From NCBI RefSeq assembly GCF_009914755.1, contig NC_060925.1: DNA of 64,000 nucleotides. The stretch is one strand, 5' to 3'. The notes beneath the pieces are model-generated. The model made no database searches, was not told where the DNA came from, and was given only the letters and a program-made list of their open reading frames with translations. Numbering within the stretch: position 1 is the stretch's first letter; each line of letters starts with the position of its first letter. Origin of the DNA: the human T2T-CHM13v2.0 reference genome, Homo sapiens. Positions 1 through 37,719 of the stretch are shown piece by piece. The position numbers and the translations under genes were made by a program.

Positions 1-2237
1 GCAGGCCTGGAACCTATATCTGCAGGCCAGCCTGAAGGCTGAGTGCTGGCCTGATGATTAGGGCTGTAGGGGTTGGCCTAGTTCTGAGATAGGCATGAAG
101 CCTGATGCTATGGGGCCCAGCCTGATGCTGGGTTGGGGGGCATCCAGAGCCTGAGACCACTGGGACTGGTCTGACCCTGGAGTAAACCTGAAGATGGAAT
201 CTTCAGGGTAGGCCTGGAGCCTGATCTGTGAGGGCTGGCCTGGCACTATAGTGAGCTCAAAGCCTGAGGCATGGGGGCCAGCTAGAGGTTGGGTCAGACT
301 GGAGCATAGGGATGTTAGGGTTGGCTTGGAGATTGAGACTGGGGAGCAGACCTGGAGCCTGGGAATGTAGGATCTGGCCTGGTGTCAGTGAGAGGTGACA
401 GCATGCTGGCAGTCCTCACAGCCCTCGCTCGCTCTCAGTGCCTCCTCTGCCTGGGCTCCCACTTTGGCCGCACTTGAGGAGCCCTTCAGCGCACCGCTGC
501 ACTGTGGGAGCCCCTTTCTGGGCTGGCCAAGGCCGGAGCCGGCTCCCTCAGCTTGCAGGGAGGTGTGGAGGGAGAGGCGCCAGCGGGAACCGGCGCTGTG
601 CGCTGCGCTTGCGGGCCAGCTGGAGTTCTGGGTGGGCGTGGGCTTGGCAGGCCCCACACTCGGAGCAGCCGGCTGGCCCTGCCGGCCCCGGGCAATGACT
701 GGCTTAGCACCCGGGCCAGCAGCTGCGGAGGGTGTACTGGGTCCCCCAGCAGTGCCAGCCCACCGGCGCTGCGCTCGATTTCTCGCCGGGCCTTAGCTGC
801 CTTCCCACGGGGCAGGGCTCGGGACCTGCAGCTCGCCATGCCTGAGCCTCCCACCCCCTCCGTGGACTCCTGTGGGGCCCGAGCCTCCCCGATGAGTGCC
901 GCCCCCTGCTCCATGGCGCCCAGTCCCATCGACCACCCAAGAGGTGAGGAGTGCCGGCGCATGGCGTGGGACTGGCAGGCGGCTCCACCTGCAGCCCTGG
1001 TGCGGGATCCACTGGGTGAAGCTGGCTGGGCTCCTGAGTCTGGTGGGGAGGTGGAGAACCTTTATGTCTAGCTCAGGGATTGTAAATACACCAATTGGCA
1101 CTCTGTGTCTAGCTCAAGGTTTGTAAACACACCAATTAGCACCCTGTATCTAGCTCAGGGTTTGTGAATGCACCAATTGACACTCTGTATCTAGCTACTC
1201 TGGTGGAGACTTGGAGAACCTTTGTGTTGACACGCTGTATCTAGCTACTCTGGTGGGGACTTGGAGAACCTTTGTGTTGACAATCTGTATCTAGCTAATC
1301 TGGTGGGGAAGTGGAGAACCTTTGTGTCTAGCTCAGGGATTGTAAATGCACCAATCAGTGCCCTGTCAAAACAGACCACTCAGCTCTACCAATCAGCAGG
1401 ATGTGGGTGGGGCCAGATAAGAGAATAAAAGTAGGCTGCCCAAGCCAGCAGTGGCAACCCGCTCCAGTCCCCTTCCACAACTGTGGAAGCTTTGTTCTTT
1501 AGCTCTTTGCAATAAATCTTGCTACTGCTCACTCTTTGGGTCCACACTGCTTTTATGAGTTGTAACACTCACCGCGAAGATCTCCAGCTTCACTCCTGAA
1601 GCCAGCGAGACCACGAGCCCACTGGGAGGAAAGAACAACTCCAGATGCGCCGCCTTAAGAGCTGTAACACTCACCGCGAAGGTCCGAAGGTCCGCAGCTT
1701 CCCTCCTGACCGAGGAGACGGCGAACCCCACCAGAAGGAAGAAACTCCGAACACATCCGAATGTCAGAAGGAACAAACTCCAGACGCGCCACCTTAAGAG
1801 CTGTAACACTCACCGCAGGGTCCGCAGCTTCATTCTTGAAGTCAGTGAGACCAAGAACCCACCAATTCTGGACACATCATGGGCCTAGAATCTGGGGCTG
1901 TGGAGGCCTTCCCAGTGCTGGGTTTTATCGGTGGGCCCAGTATTGGGGTTTGAGGCAAAGTCTGATGCTTATTTTCCTCATCTTCCCCGAAGTGAAAGGT
2001 ATCTCTCTGTGGACTGTGCTGCCTGGTATGGAGGTAAGGGTGATGTGGGTAATGTAAAGTTGTCCTTCCTATCCTCTTCAATGTGTCTTTTCTTATTTCT
2101 GTGCTACACTCAGGTGCTGTAATCTCTCATTTGGTTTTCTTCACTCTCGTGAAGGTATTTTTATGCATGGATAGTTTTTCAAATTGATGTTTCTGTGGAG
2201 AGACTAGCACTGGAAAGTTATTTTCTGCCATCTTGCT
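1..2237 (-). mobile_element. Old L1 5' UTR fragment (antisense), split by LTR12C
   Basis: Degenerate ggcctggagcctg repeats on both sides of the LTR; ends tgccatcttg (reverse complement CAAGATGGC, typical L1 5' start/YY1 site). Confidence 0.55.
389..1876 (+). mobile_element. LTR12C (ERV9) solo LTR, full length
   Basis: Begins TGAGAGGTGACAGC, ends GGACACA. CpG-rich U3, ~40-bp CCAAT repeats 1040-1395, AATAAAA at 1424, polyA signal at 1511, U5 repeats gagctgtaacactcaccgcgaag. 4-bp TSD tcag/tcat. Confidence 0.9.
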
Positions 2238-2286
2238 GATTAAGACACAACACTTTTCAAATACAAAAATTAATAACCATAAGTAA

Positions 2287-2609
<323 letters not shown>

Positions 2610-2805
2610 ACATACTACATAAAGTTTGAGCTTAAAAATAAAATAGAATTATAATTTTTTAATGTGTACTTAGTCCATCAATGATGTCATCACTGAGCTG
2701 TGTAAAGCTTTCCAGTGCTGAAAACCTCTTTCTGAATCTATGCTAGTTAAGAGAATGATAAAGATCTTGTTATAAACTGCTCTTAAATATTTTTCTCTAA
2801 TCCAC

Positions 2806-3168
2806 TGCCATGGTTTTAATGTGTCCCCTAAAGTTCATGCATTGGAATCTTAATCCTCAGTGCAAGTATGTTGACAGGTGGGACCTTTAAGAGGTGATTA
2901 GGCCATGAGAGCACCATTCTCATGAATGATGAATGCCATTATTACAGGAACCTGTTCCTTATAAAAGGACAAGTTCAGCCCCCTTTTCTCTCTCTCACCC
3001 CTGTGCCTTCTGCCATGGGATGATGCAGCAAGAAGGCCTTCACCAGATGCCAGTGCCTCAATCTTGGACTTCTCAACCTCCAGAACTGTGAGCCAATACA
3101 TTTCTGTTCATTATAAATGACCCGGTCTCAGGTATTAATGCTGTAGCAGTACAAAATAGACTAAGACA
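2806..3168 (+). mobile_element. MaLR LTR (MST-type)
   Basis: tgccatggttttaatgtgtcccc ... aaaatagactaagaca termini. Confidence 0.75.
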
Positions 3169-3275
3169 CCCATTATCTACCAACAATCCTATCTCTTGGT
3201 TAACAACTTTGAGGAGATTTTTTTCAGGGGCCAAGGTTACATTTCTTTGCAAGAACAGTTTTTTTAATTTCTAAC

Positions 3276-4256
3276 TGCTATGGTTTGAATGTTTGTATCC
3301 CTGAAAAATTCATGTTGAAACATAATTCCAATTGTAAAAAGTAAAGTAAAGGTTCCTCTTCAAAAAGACTTTCCTCCCCATCTAATTAGGAATAAATAGT
3401 GATTTCACTTAGAAGCAAATTTATTCAAAGACCTGTGCTAACATTCTTAGATATCTGCTAGCCGTAATAAAGAAATCAATGTACTTTGTGTTCTTCGCTC
3501 CCACAAGTTAGCCTAAATATTTGCCCTGGCATGCTTATACTGGTCCAAGCAAGCGTTAGGTCATCGCCTGTTCCTCTTCTTTATTTGGAGGTGTTTTTTA
3601 CCTTTCTCAGCATTCCACAAGTTACCTCCTCCTTCCTTTGTTCTCCACTGCCTTTGCCTCTTTTAAAAAGTTCTAAGTTGCAAGCCAATTGGGACAAATA
3701 CAGAATGTGAGGTCCCGTTCCAACCAATGGAAACCGGACACAGCAGTAGGGTGGACGCATGAGGTTATAAATAACCTTGTCTCCTTTGTTCGGTGTACTC
3801 TCATGGCAAAACTGCTGGTGAGTGTACCCTTTCTGCAGAAAGTAAAAATGGCCTTGCTGAGAAAATTAAATTTATGTTCAAGTGCTATTTCTTTATGGCA
3901 CCGGGAAACAAGCATTTCTAACACAGTGCAACAGTATTAAGAGGTGGGGTCTTTAGAAGGTGATTAGTTCAGGAGGGCTCCACTCTCATGGGTGGGATTA
4001 GTGCCCATAAAAAAGGGCTTGAGGGAGTGAGTTCTCCCTATTTAGCCCTTTATTGCCCTTCTGCCCTTTCATCATATGATCATGCAACAACAGGACCATC
4101 TGTGGAGCAGAGAGCAAACTTTCACCAGATGAGAAATCTGCTGGCACCTTGATCTTTGATAACCCAGACTTCAGAACTGTGAAAAGTAAATTTCTATTAT
4201 TTATAAATTATCTAGTCTTAGATATTTTGTTACAGCATCCTGAATGGACTAAGACA
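3276..4256 (+). mobile_element. MaLR LTR (MST/MLT1A-type) interrupted by an ERV1 LTR
   Basis: tgctatggtttgaatg ... gaatggactaagaca; TSD ctaac/gtaac. Confidence 0.7.
3333..3923 (+). mobile_element. ERV1 solo LTR, LTR10C-like (591 bp)
   Basis: TGTAAAAAGTAAAGT...CATTTCTAACA; two CCAAT boxes plus TATAAA; TSD caat/cagt; subfamily from recalled consensus. Confidence 0.7.
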
Positions 4257-6161
4257 GTAACAAACTTTTTTTTTTTTTTTGCTTCAATGAAAGTATTTCT
4301 GGTTTGTCTTTATTTTTCCATCTCATCTTCCATAAATGAAGATTCTAATACAGACACCTTGTTAATACCAATAGTATTCCATTCATGTCCATGTGTTGGA
4401 AAGTCTTTGTGATAGATAATAATTATTCTTGTATTAGAAGCTTTGCTTTGTTTTCTTTTTTCTTGAGGATTATAAAGGCATATAAGACAGCTTTCTAAAC
4501 ACAGTCACCTATACGTGATTCCCAAATTGTAATGAAACGTGTCTCTGGTATGTCTCAGAACATAAATGTTTCAGATTTCAGATTTTTTTTAACTTCAAAC
4601 TAACAGTATCATACCAACAGAAATACCAGTATTCTAGTACCTTTGAAAACAGCATGGAATATCAGAGTGGTGGAACATTGAAAACTGGTATTGTAAGTCA
4701 CTCTTCTGTGGGCAATGGGGAGCCAATAAAGATGTTTAAACAAGGAAGTCACAAAGATGTATAGACACAGACGTACTCTGTTAGAGTTGTAGGAGTTGTA
4801 GAGAGTATTAAGCCCACCTCCCTCTGTCCCTCTGTCGAAAGGTCAGCAACTTCAGCATGAGTCACCAACAATGCATACAGGAAGTTGATTAATGAGGAAA
4901 GAAGAGATTGGAGAAAGGCATGAAAGACATCTATTATTCTCCCCTCATCATTCATTCACTCTTTTTAAAGTAAAAACAGTTATCTGAACCTCTTTTGAAG
5001 AATCGCCTGTACCCCCTAGTAGCTCATTTAGTTTGGGTGGGTTTGACTTCCCCTTCAACTTCAGGGATGGTTGGAAATGACTGGTTCAAGCATTAAGCAT
5101 ATATCTCAAATCTGGCAAAAAATTCTGAGGCCCAGAATTTCTGCTTGTGTGGGGAAAAGAGCTCTTTATTTCCAGTTAGACTGCTTGAGTCATTGTGTAA
5201 TGAAGGGGTGAGCTCTGAGTCACCAGAAAAAGTTTGAGGACAAAGACAAAACAGTAGGAGACGGAGCTGGAGGCTACAAAAGAAATAAAAAATCAATATT
5301 AACTGAGCTTCTATCCAGCTAAGCCTGAAGGCAGTTCTCCTGAAATTTTCAATTGTGTGGGCTAATCAATTCTTTTGTCTTTTTTCCTGTTAAACCAGCT
5401 TGAATCAGGTCTTCTGCCACTTGCAACAGAAAGAACCTAAGTGATATTAAGGAAAAAACAGGAAGCCATCCATCAGGATTGAGAAAATGGTAGGAAAAAA
5501 GAGACTTATTGGAGAGAAGTCACAAAGGAAAGTTTTAATCTCTCATCTTACAGGGGTATTATCCATGCTAAATATCACACAAATTGCTACCCCCTCCCTA
5601 ATATAAGTTAAGCATTATAATATCTGTAATATCTGTGACTCATAGTGTGGGCCCAGATGCCAGACAAACATGGGTTCAAATTTAGTTTACTCAGTTTCTG
5701 CCACTTAAGATCTGTGCATTCCTGGGCAAGTTACTTCTCTGTTCTCTAATTTCAATTTCTTCCTTTACAAAATGGTGATAGTACCTACAACTGGAGTTAC
5801 TATAAGGATTAAATGTCACATTACATAATGCCATGTATATGGTTATGGTAAGCACTTAATTCAATTACTATTATTGATGTTTTTCCTTTTTCCAAGCTTC
5901 CTGGAGATATAACTGGGGGAAATAATTTGTTGGAGGTGAAACTACCAATCTTCCCTGCTTCACCATCTATCTTTACCTCCTCCTCTTCATTTTAATAGAA
6001 GTGACGACCCTTAATGAAAGATGCAACCCTTCTCTCCTGTCCGAGGGTGACCCTTCCTATTTTCTTCTTTATCACACATTCTCTCAACTCCTTAGGAATT
6101 TTTCTCTACCAATTATTTCTTTTTGTCTTCTTGTTTCCCCTCCATTGGGAATTGTCCTCAT

Positions 6162-6571
6162 TGTCTTAGTTCATTTTGTGTTGCTATAAGGGAATATCTG
6201 AAGCTGGATAATTTATAAAGAAACAAGTTTATTTGGCTCATAATTCTGGATGGCTGGAAAATTCAAGGTTGGGCATATGCATTAGGTGATGGCTACAGGC
6301 TGCTTCCACTCATGGTGGAAGATGAAGGAGAGCCAGTGAGTGCAGAGATAACATGATGAGAAATGAAGCAAGGAGGTGGGGAGGTGCCAGGTTCTTTTTA
6401 ACAACTAGCTTTTGGAGAGTGAGAATTTATTCACTTCTGAGGGAGGGCATCAATCTATTACTCATGAGGGATCTACTGCCATGACCCAACACTTCCCATT
6501 AGGCCCCACTTCTAACACTGGATCAAATTTCAGCATGAGGTTTAGAGGGGACAAACATCCAAACTATAGCA
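6162..6571 (-). mobile_element. MaLR LTR (MST-type)
   Basis: tgtcttagttcattttgtgttgctataag ... catccaaactatagca. Confidence 0.75.
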
Positions 6572-6634
6572 CCCATTTTATAAAAAACACCTCCATACTA
6601 AAACTAAAACTAACCCCTCTTTGACTCTCTATCC

Positions 6635-6810
6635 ATAGTTTTCAATGTGTGATCTGAAGAGCTTCTGTATCAGAATCACCTGGATGCTTGTTTAAAACAC
6701 AGAGTTCCAGACTCCACTCGGCTATAGTAAGACATATTGGTGCTCCTGTACCTACATTCTAACAAATAAGCCAAGTGATTATGATGTACCATAAAGTTGG
6801 AGAAAACTGT
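6635..6810. mobile_element. MER5-type hAT DNA transposon fragment
   Basis: atcagaatcacctgg...aaagttggagaaaactg pattern. Confidence 0.55.
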
Positions 6811-8329
6811 TCTCTATTGGGCTCTCCATGGTACCTGGCAAACCTCTGGCTACCTAGCTGTGACCCTCTCTCTTGTGTATACTGTGGGTATTTTACTTTC
6901 TCACATTCCTCAAATTGTCAGGAGCACCAATCACCACCCCTCTAACTCATACTCTGATTTTGCAGAAAAAAAAAAAAAAACAAAGAAAAAAGCCCCATGA
7001 ATCTCCATGCCATGAATGTATTTCACCCATGCCTATTCTTTCTTATTCCCCTCCTATAAACATGGAAAATACATACTTTTTCTTTCTGAAGCTAATTATG
7101 CCACTTAAGCTCATTTCTGATTTTATCCTGCCCTCCTAAGCACTTAATCAGATCTATTATCCTGTCTCTCCTTATCTGGAAACTTATTTCTATCAACATT
7201 TAAACATATATACAAGCTTCTCTCATCTTCAAAAGACAATTCTCCCTTAATTTCATGAATCAAACACCTCCAGCTACTGCATTTTTTCATTCCCTCTTCT
7301 CAGCTAAGCTTCTTAAAGATGTCTACACTTACTTCCCACTTGCATTCCATTTCTGCCCCATTATTGGATTAGGATTCCACTATTTCACTGAGACTGCTCT
7401 CACTTAACTAACAGAAGATTACTTTGTTGTTAAATCCATTGGACACTGGACCTTACATTACTTGGCTTCTCAGTTCCATTTGACACTATTGTCCATTCTC
7501 TTTTTTAAAAAAACCTTTTTTCTCTTGGCTTCCTTGATACCTAAGTACCTTATGATCTACATATTCAAAATTAACTTGGTCATTTCTGCTTAACCTCCTT
7601 CCCAGGTGCATGGCATCATCTGCAGGTTGTCCAAGCCAGAAACGTAGAGTAGTCATCCTTGACTCCTTCCTCCTTCTCACTTGTTAACTACCTCTTACAT
7701 GTTTCATAGCTGGATTGCTGCAACAGCCTCCTAACGGTCCTTTCTCCAGTTTTGCTCCCATCCAATCCAGAGTAATACTCTGGAGGGAAAGATCATAGTT
7801 ATACTGGCCACTAGATTCTAAATATTTTCTATAGGTAAGTTTGAAAATTAGGCACCAAGCTTCCTGACAACCAAGACAAAATTGAAGGAAAAGTAATCTT
7901 CATACTTCTTAATGCTTGTTCTAATTCTAACACTCTAAACCAAATTTCTCAGGAGGAGATTTATAAAGGAAGCAATAAATGATGTAATGAGCAATGGCTC
8001 AACAACATTCCTATGATATATCCTATAATTTCATTTGGCAAGTATTTATGGAGTACTTACTACAAGCCAGGCACTGTGCTCACCACTGGGGAAAAAAATG
8101 TGAATGTGGTTGTTTCTTATCTAATCTCATTATTAAAACTGAGTTTTTACATAATATTAAATGCAATCCTCTGAAGACAATTTGGCTGGGAAAGGGCTTA
8201 TTTCCCGAGCCATCCCTGCCTGGTAGTTTAAAACCAGGGTCAAAATAACAGCTACTCAGTGTTCCCCTGCTTCCTGCAACCACCCTAACACCCCCACCCA
8301 CACGGTCCTACCCTGGGTCAGGACTTCCA

Positions 8330-8330
<1 letters not shown>

Positions 8331-8361
<31 letters not shown>

Positions 8362-8665
8362 TTTTTTTTTTTTTTTTTTTTTTTGAGATGGAATCTCACT
8401 TTGCCGCCCAGGCTGGAGGGCAGTGGTGCAATCTCGGCTCACTACAACCTCTGCCCCCAGGTTCAAGCGATTCTCCTGCCTCAGCCTCTCGAGTAGCTGG
8501 GATTACAGATGTGTGCCACCACACCCGGCTAATTTTTGTATTTTTGGTAGAGACAGCGTTTCACCATGTTGCCCAGGATGGTTTCAAACTCCTGACCTCA
8601 GGTGATCTGCCTGCTTTAGCCTCCCAAAGTGCTGGGATTACAGGCGTGAGCCACCGCGCCCGGCC
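8331..8665 (-). mobile_element. Alu (AluS-like) with (TC)n/poly-T tail
   Basis: Reverse Alu consensus. Confidence 0.92.
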
Positions 8666-8897
8666 CAGCCTCTTTTAAATTGCAGCTCACTGCCACTACT
8701 ATCACACACAAAATACATCTGGACTCCCCATGGTTTGTCTCACATGTGTTGACAAACAGTGCTTTTAACAACCACATGAAATCAGCTATTTTCCACCCTC
8801 ACTCTGGTTTCTTTTGGAGATCTGCTGCTAAGTTGTTCCCCACACTTCCCCACACTCCCCCTCCAACAGGACACATGAGCCCTGACAGGACCATTGC

Positions 8898-9924
8898 TGT
8901 ATTAGTCCGTTTTCACACTGCTATAAAGATACTACAATTTATAAACAAAGGAGTAAATTTACTCACAGTTCTGCATGGCTGAGGACAGGGGGAGGCCTCA
9001 GGAAACTTATAATCATGGCAGAAGGGGAAGCAGGCACCTTTTTCACAAGTTGGCAGACCAGAGAGGAGAAAGAAGGAGGAATTTCCAAAAACTTATAAAA
9101 CCATCAGATCTCCTGTGTGGAGAGAGAGATCCTTCTTTCTCTTCTTATAAAGCCATCAATCCTACTGGATTAGGACCTCACATTTATATCTTCACTTAAC
9201 CAAAATTGCTACTGGAAAGGGGTCCTGATCCAGACTCCAAGAGAGAGTTCTTGGACCTCGGGCAAGAAAGAATTTGGGGCGAGTCCATAAAGTGAAAGCA
9301 AGTTTATTAGAGAAAAAGAGAAACAAAAGAATGGCTACTCCATAGACAGAGCAGGGGCATGGGCTGCTCAACTGAAAATACTTATGGTTATTTCTTAATT
9401 ATATGCCAAACAAGGGGTGGATTATTCATGAATTTTCTGGGAAAGGAGTGGGATTTCCTGGAACTGAGGGTTCCTCCCCACTTTAGGCCATATAGGGTAA
9501 CTGCTGGCCCCGACATTCGTAAATTGTCATAGTGCTGATGGGAGTGTCTTTTAGCATGCTAATGCATTATAATTAACGTAAAATGAGCAGTGAGTTTGAC
9601 CATAGGTCACTTCCATCAACATCTTGCATTTGGTTGGTGTTGGCCAGCTTCTTTACCACTTCCTGTTTTATCAGCAGGGTCTTTTTGACTGGTTTCTTGT
9701 GATACCAGTCCTGCTGACCTCCCCCCTCATCCTGTGACTGAGAATGCCTAACCTCCTGGGAATGCAGCCCAGTAGGTCTCAGCCTCATTTTACCCAGCCG
9801 CTATTCAAGATGGAGTCACTATGGTTCAAATGCCTCTGACAGAATCACCTTCTAAAAGTCCTATGTCCAAATGCAGTCACTTAGTGGGTACGAATTTGGC
9901 GGGGGACACAACTGAGTCCATAGC
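8898..9924 (-). mobile_element. MaLR fragments (MST/THE1-like then MLT1-like) hosting the MER41 LTR
   Basis: tgtattagtccgttttcacactgctataaag start; gggggacacaactgagtccatagca end. Confidence 0.6.
9207..9841 (-). mobile_element. MER41B-like ERV1 solo LTR (635 bp)
   Basis: tgctactggaaaggggtcctgatccagac ... caagatggagtcactatggttcaaatgcctctgaca; TSD aaat/gaat; tandem GAS motifs at 9435 and 9455. Confidence 0.8.
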
Positions 9925-10293
9925 AAACAGTATTCGATTTTTAATCACATCAGCACACACAATAAGACTCTGAAAAGTGAGTCCCTTGGCTGGGCTAGGG
10001 AGAAAATTGTGACAATATGTAGTGTTCCAAAATGACCCTCCTCCCTGCATCAGGGAGGGGAGCACTCAGAACCTTCCAGCTTGGTGAACAGAATTTGTTC
10101 TCAGGCCAGGAGCCATGCTCTGTAAGTATGTTGTCTTTACATCTGGCCCAGTTTGATCTTTGGAGATAGACACATAGTGGGTCCCAGATTGTGTCCTGTT
10201 GCAAAGATCTGGAAACACAGGCTTGGGATACCTGTATATCAACAGAAACCAGACTAGCAGGTGGTAAGGCTGGCATTGTTCTGTGTTCTTAGG

Positions 10294-10609
10294 TTTTTTT
10301 TTTGTTTTTTTTTTTGAGACGGAGTCTTGCGCTGTTGCCCAAGCTGGAGTCGTGTGGCGCGATCTCGGCTCACTGCAAGCTCCGCCTCCCGGGTTCACGC
10401 CATTCTCCTGCCTCAGCCTCCTGAGTAGCTGGGACTACAGGTGCCCGCCACCACGCCTGGCTAATTTTTTTTTTTTTTTTTTTTTTTTGTATTTTTAGTA
10501 GAGACGTGGTTTCACCGTGTTAGCCAGGATGGTCTCGATCTCCTGACCTCATGATCTACCCGCCTCGGCCTCCCAAAGTGCTGGGATTACAGGCGTGAGC
10601 CATGGCGCC
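10294..10609 (-). mobile_element. AluY-like with expanded middle A-tract
   Basis: Reverse Alu consensus; TSD tcttaggtt. Confidence 0.92.
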
Positions 10610-11116
10610 TCTTAGGTTCTTAATCACTGGGACACCCACAGGCAAGGCCTGGCTTTTTCCACAAGAAGTATTCTGGATGGAAGTAAACACATCAGTGACC
10701 TGAAAGTTCTACATGATTACAATGACTTAAGCTTGAGAATTTTTTTAAAAACAGAGAAGGGAGTAGTAAATGACTAAATATAAAGCACCTAGTGCTGTGT
10801 TTCGCAAATGGCAATCACTCGGCAGGTGTCTCAGCTCCTCGCTGCAGCAACCAGGCTTCCAGGACTGGAAGGAAGTCTTCTACATTCAAAACTAGACTCA
10901 AACTACTCCCCTCCACCACCCAGTTCTACTCCTGCGCTCGCGATCCTCCTGCCTGGCAAACTCCATGGCCCGACAGATTCACTACCACTCCACTGCCGGA
11001 CCAGGCACGTCCGTGGGCCATCCACGCCTGGAAAACGGCTGGCTGGGCCGGAGGGGCGAGGCCCGCAGGCGAGGGGGGCGGGTACAAGCCACTTCTTGGG
11101 AGCCGCGGTACGCGCA

Positions 11117-11135
11117 GCCTTGTGGGAGTTGTAGT
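11117..11135 (-). promoter_or_regulatory. ZNF143/THAP11 (ACTACAnnTCCCA) promoter motif
   Basis: Reverse complement reads ACTACAACTCCCACAAGGC, matching ACTACAnnTCCCAnnnnGC. Confidence 0.75.
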
Positions 11136-11556
11136 TTCCGCAGCTCTGAGTCTCCAGGCGAGGTGTCACCACAGGACTCGTTTTCCCGTGCTCCTGTGCG
11201 CGGGTCCACTTGGGACGGGTCCCTGAGTAGGTGAGGAGGTGGGTAGGAGCTTGCTTATAGAAAAGTGGAATCGAGTAGTCCTTGCTGGTGGAGCCGCTGC
11301 CGCCAGGGAACTCAGGGCCGGCTCCTGTTCCTTCAAGAGTGCTGGAGGCCAAACTTGAAATACAAGTTTAATGTTCCTCGTCGGGCAAAAGATAAGGATC
11401 CGATCTCCCCCGGCCCGGTGTGCAGCAGGAGCGACCAACCCCGACCCGGGTTAAAACTCCCAGGGACTCTTCGCTGCTGCCACCTCTTGTTCTCTCCCCC
11501 GTTCCCACTCGGGGTCTCCCTCAGGGCCGGGAGGCACAGCGGTCCCTGCTTGCTGA

Positions 11557-34628
<23,072 letters not shown>

Positions 34629-34661
34629 CTGATTTATAAAAGCAGGATGTGTTGATTTTAA

Positions 34662-34667
34662 AATAAA
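34662..34667 (+). terminator. ACP6 proximal polyadenylation signal AATAAA
   Basis: AATAAA 33 nt after the stop codon, followed by a GT/T-rich downstream tract (ctttgtgtgttt). Confidence 0.75.
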
Positions 34668-35589
34668 GTGCCTTTATACAATGCCTCCTGCTTTGTGTGT
34701 TTGGGAAGAGGAGAGAGCAAGGGGTAATGTACTTTAATATAATGTAAGGATATTTCCTTTCTGTGGGTTTACTAAGATTTCTTCCTGAACGGAAAAGGGG
34801 TATAATATTGAGACCAAAAGGATATTTCTCTATTTTGTGAGTTGGTTTCTAAGGTTAGAAGCATCTTTGTGTGACACGGGCTGGGGACATCATGACCCTG
34901 TAGAATTGTGTCGGTTTTGGACTTTAGTTCTTTTCTCCTATATTAATTTCACATGTATTGAGCTACCTACTAAGTAGTGATCATTATAAAGGTGAAAACA
35001 CTCTGCCCTCAAGTTGTTGCAGTCCAGTGGGAGAGGCAGCCGAGTAAATCAGTGATACAGTGCTGTATGTTTTATGCTGTAATAGGTATTTGAGGGGCTA
35101 TTTGGGTATAGAGAAGAAACTTCCTGCTCACATGGCAGGGGATGTGGGGAACAGTCAAGGAAGGCTTCTGAAAAAGTCCTGGCCTGATCTGAGTAGAGAA
35201 AGGTGGGTAGGAGTTAACCAGGAAAGCAAGGATGAAAGCGTGTTGCGTTTAGATAAAGGATAGGCTTCAAGGTCAGGGAACGTTGCTGGGTGGTGAGATG
35301 GAACCCTGATGTGGAGGCTCAGCAGGAAGAAGCAGGAAGGACACTGGGCCCCTGGTGGTTTTAGTTCCAGAAACAAATGTGGGCCCCAGGGCTCTGCAAT
35401 GGTAAGGCTGGAACTACTCAACATAAGAGCTCCACCTTTAACTGTGCCCCCTAAGAGTACCTGATGATCCCCCTATCTCCTTGTCAATGTTGCTGTTCTT
35501 CTCCAGAATCTATTTCAACCCTTCTCTGATTTCAAACCACCAGTCCCTTTACCTCTCAGAGAAAACAGCAACCACAAAAGCCTCTCCAC

Positions 35590-37690
<2,101 letters not shown>

Positions 37691-37719
37691 TACTCGCCAT
37701 CTTACCATTCTTCTTCTTT

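Noticed and set aside
385-1126. Cluster of 86-172 aa ORFs on both strands
   Set aside because: They lie in the GC-rich U3 of LTR12C, where stop codons are rare; no recognisable domain
1040-1830. Repeat-spacer-like arrays (~40 bp and ~70-120 bp periods)
   Set aside because: Normal ERV9 LTR U3 enhancer and U5 repeats; degenerate, no unique spacers, not CRISPR
8388-8678. Alu-derived ORFs (also at 13722, 14279, 24096, 28334-29237, 32315, 50265, 52657)
   Set aside because: Generic Alu translations with no independent coding evidence
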